Part shown: positions 52,176 through 53,011 of the stretch, one piece after another | Position numbering within the stretch: position 1 is the stretch's first letter | Layout of the letters: every line of letters begins with the position of its first letter | Virus record (IMG/VR): IMGVR_UViG_3300011994_000001 | Span: 1-53,011 of that record | Direction: 5' to 3' (one strand) | DNA length: 53,011 bases | Source: a virus | Lineage: Duplodnaviria > Caudoviricetes | Translations under genes and position numbers: made by a program | Notes under the pieces: generated by a model | Told to the model about the DNA's origin: nothing | Database searches by the model: none | Seen by the model: the letters and a program-made list of their open reading frames with translations, nothing else

Positions 52176-53011
52176 TTATGCCGTGGTAAAGATACGAGTG
52201 TTAGTAACAAGAGAGTTACCAGCTAGGTCAGTAGTATCGTTGTCGGATACCGCAAGATACTTCGTTGCCGCAGTCAACGCAGAAGCTGGTGTCAAAGTAA
52301 CTGTCTTAGCTGCGTCATTGTAAACTACAGAGCTAGAAGCCACTATGCTACCATCCGTGTCCTTGATAAGGTAGAAGTTCTTGGAGTTGACCGTCGATGG
52401 GTTAAGAGACTCAGAGAACGTCCATACATACGTTGTACCGACTACTACAGCTGTAGCTCCCGTAGTAGGAACAGACAACGTAATCGTAGGAGGAGTTACG
52501 TCAACAGCTCCCTCAATAGAAGCAAACCAAGTAGCAGAAACGTCAACATAGCCTACTTCATCGGCATCAGCGTATTTACGCCACATAGTATCAAATGTAC
52601 GTGGAAGAGCTACGCCATCAAATTGATCGTTCTGGAACTTAGGAGTAGCTACGGCTGTTTCTGCATCGTCTTTAGATTCTCCAAATAGAGCTTTAAGAAC
52701 TTTTACATAGCGGAATTTGCCGTTGGCTTTCTTTCTTCGATAGAAGAAACCAACGTAAGGAGCCACGTCAGTAGCCTTACACGTCATTCCTCCTAAACCG
52801 TCGAGAGTATGACCAAGTAGGTCTGCTTGTACTGCTAGAGATACCGTGCTTAGGTCAACCGATATTTTAATCTCCCCAAGAACTTGACCGTACTCAGTAA
52901 TAACTCCGTCAGCGTAAAAAGCTGATCGCCCGCTTGTAGGTTGAACCGAGATTTTAACCGCTCCAGAGACTAGCTTAATAGCCCCATAGGTGGCCCCAGT
53001 AGCATCGTCTT
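52176..53011 (-). CDS. Major tail protein (phi13-like family) with C-terminal Ig-like domain, 3' part
   Basis: FYAD, DLLGH, APYV...RKKANGK.RY...K; C-terminal DVTPPT...TFSE.L...TV.LTP...L...TKY...DLAGN. Confidence 0.88.
   Translation of the reverse strand, partial: DDATGATYGAIKLVSGAVKISVQPTSGRSAFYADGVITEYGQVLGEIKISVDLSTVSLAVQADLLGHTLDGLGGMTCKATDVAPYVGFFYRRKKANGKFRYVKVLKALFGESKDDAETAVATPKFQNDQFDGVALPRTFDTMWRKYADADEVGYVDVSATWFASIEGAVDVTPPTITLSVPTTGATAVVVGTTYVWTFSESLNPSTVNSKNFYLIKDTDGSIVASSSVVYNDAAKTVTLTPASALTAATKYLAVSDNDTTDLAGNSLVTNTRIFTTA
52914..53011. repeat. Terminal direct repeat, right copy
   Basis: Identical to 2-99. Confidence 0.95.

Overview
The window looks like a complete circularly permuted genome (~52.9 kb) of a long-tailed phage of a spore-forming Bacillota, probably clostridial, host. 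Bases 2-99 are repeated at 52914-53011, and the major tail gene runs across that join. The minus arm (44446-53011 + 1-12201) carries terminase, a portal-MuF fusion, HK97-type head, neck, tail and lysis genes. The plus arm (13033-44393) carries a Prim-Pol/SF3 primase-helicase, family A DNA polymerase, Cas4-like exonuclease, Sak4, SSB, SNF2 helicase and many small promoter-ORF-terminator cassettes. I see no integrase, repressor, tRNA or CRISPR array. Highlights: (1) a DNA-hypermodification set (two 5-hydroxymethyl-pyrimidine DNA kinase families, AADT, thymidylate-synthase homologue, dCMP deaminase, MazG, DUF1599) with unusual partners, namely a glycerol-1-phosphate-dehydrogenase-like enzyme, a TAGT-like glycosyltransferase and two HAD phosphatases, while the synthase carries the dCMP-type Asp; (2) an unannotated MWWWWFFDTQ leader peptide with terminator/antiterminator in front of the lysis cassette; (3) a pilin + M23 + VirB4/VirD4-like ATPase module; (4) several structured-RNA candidates. 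All family calls come from motif recognition by eye; no searches were run.
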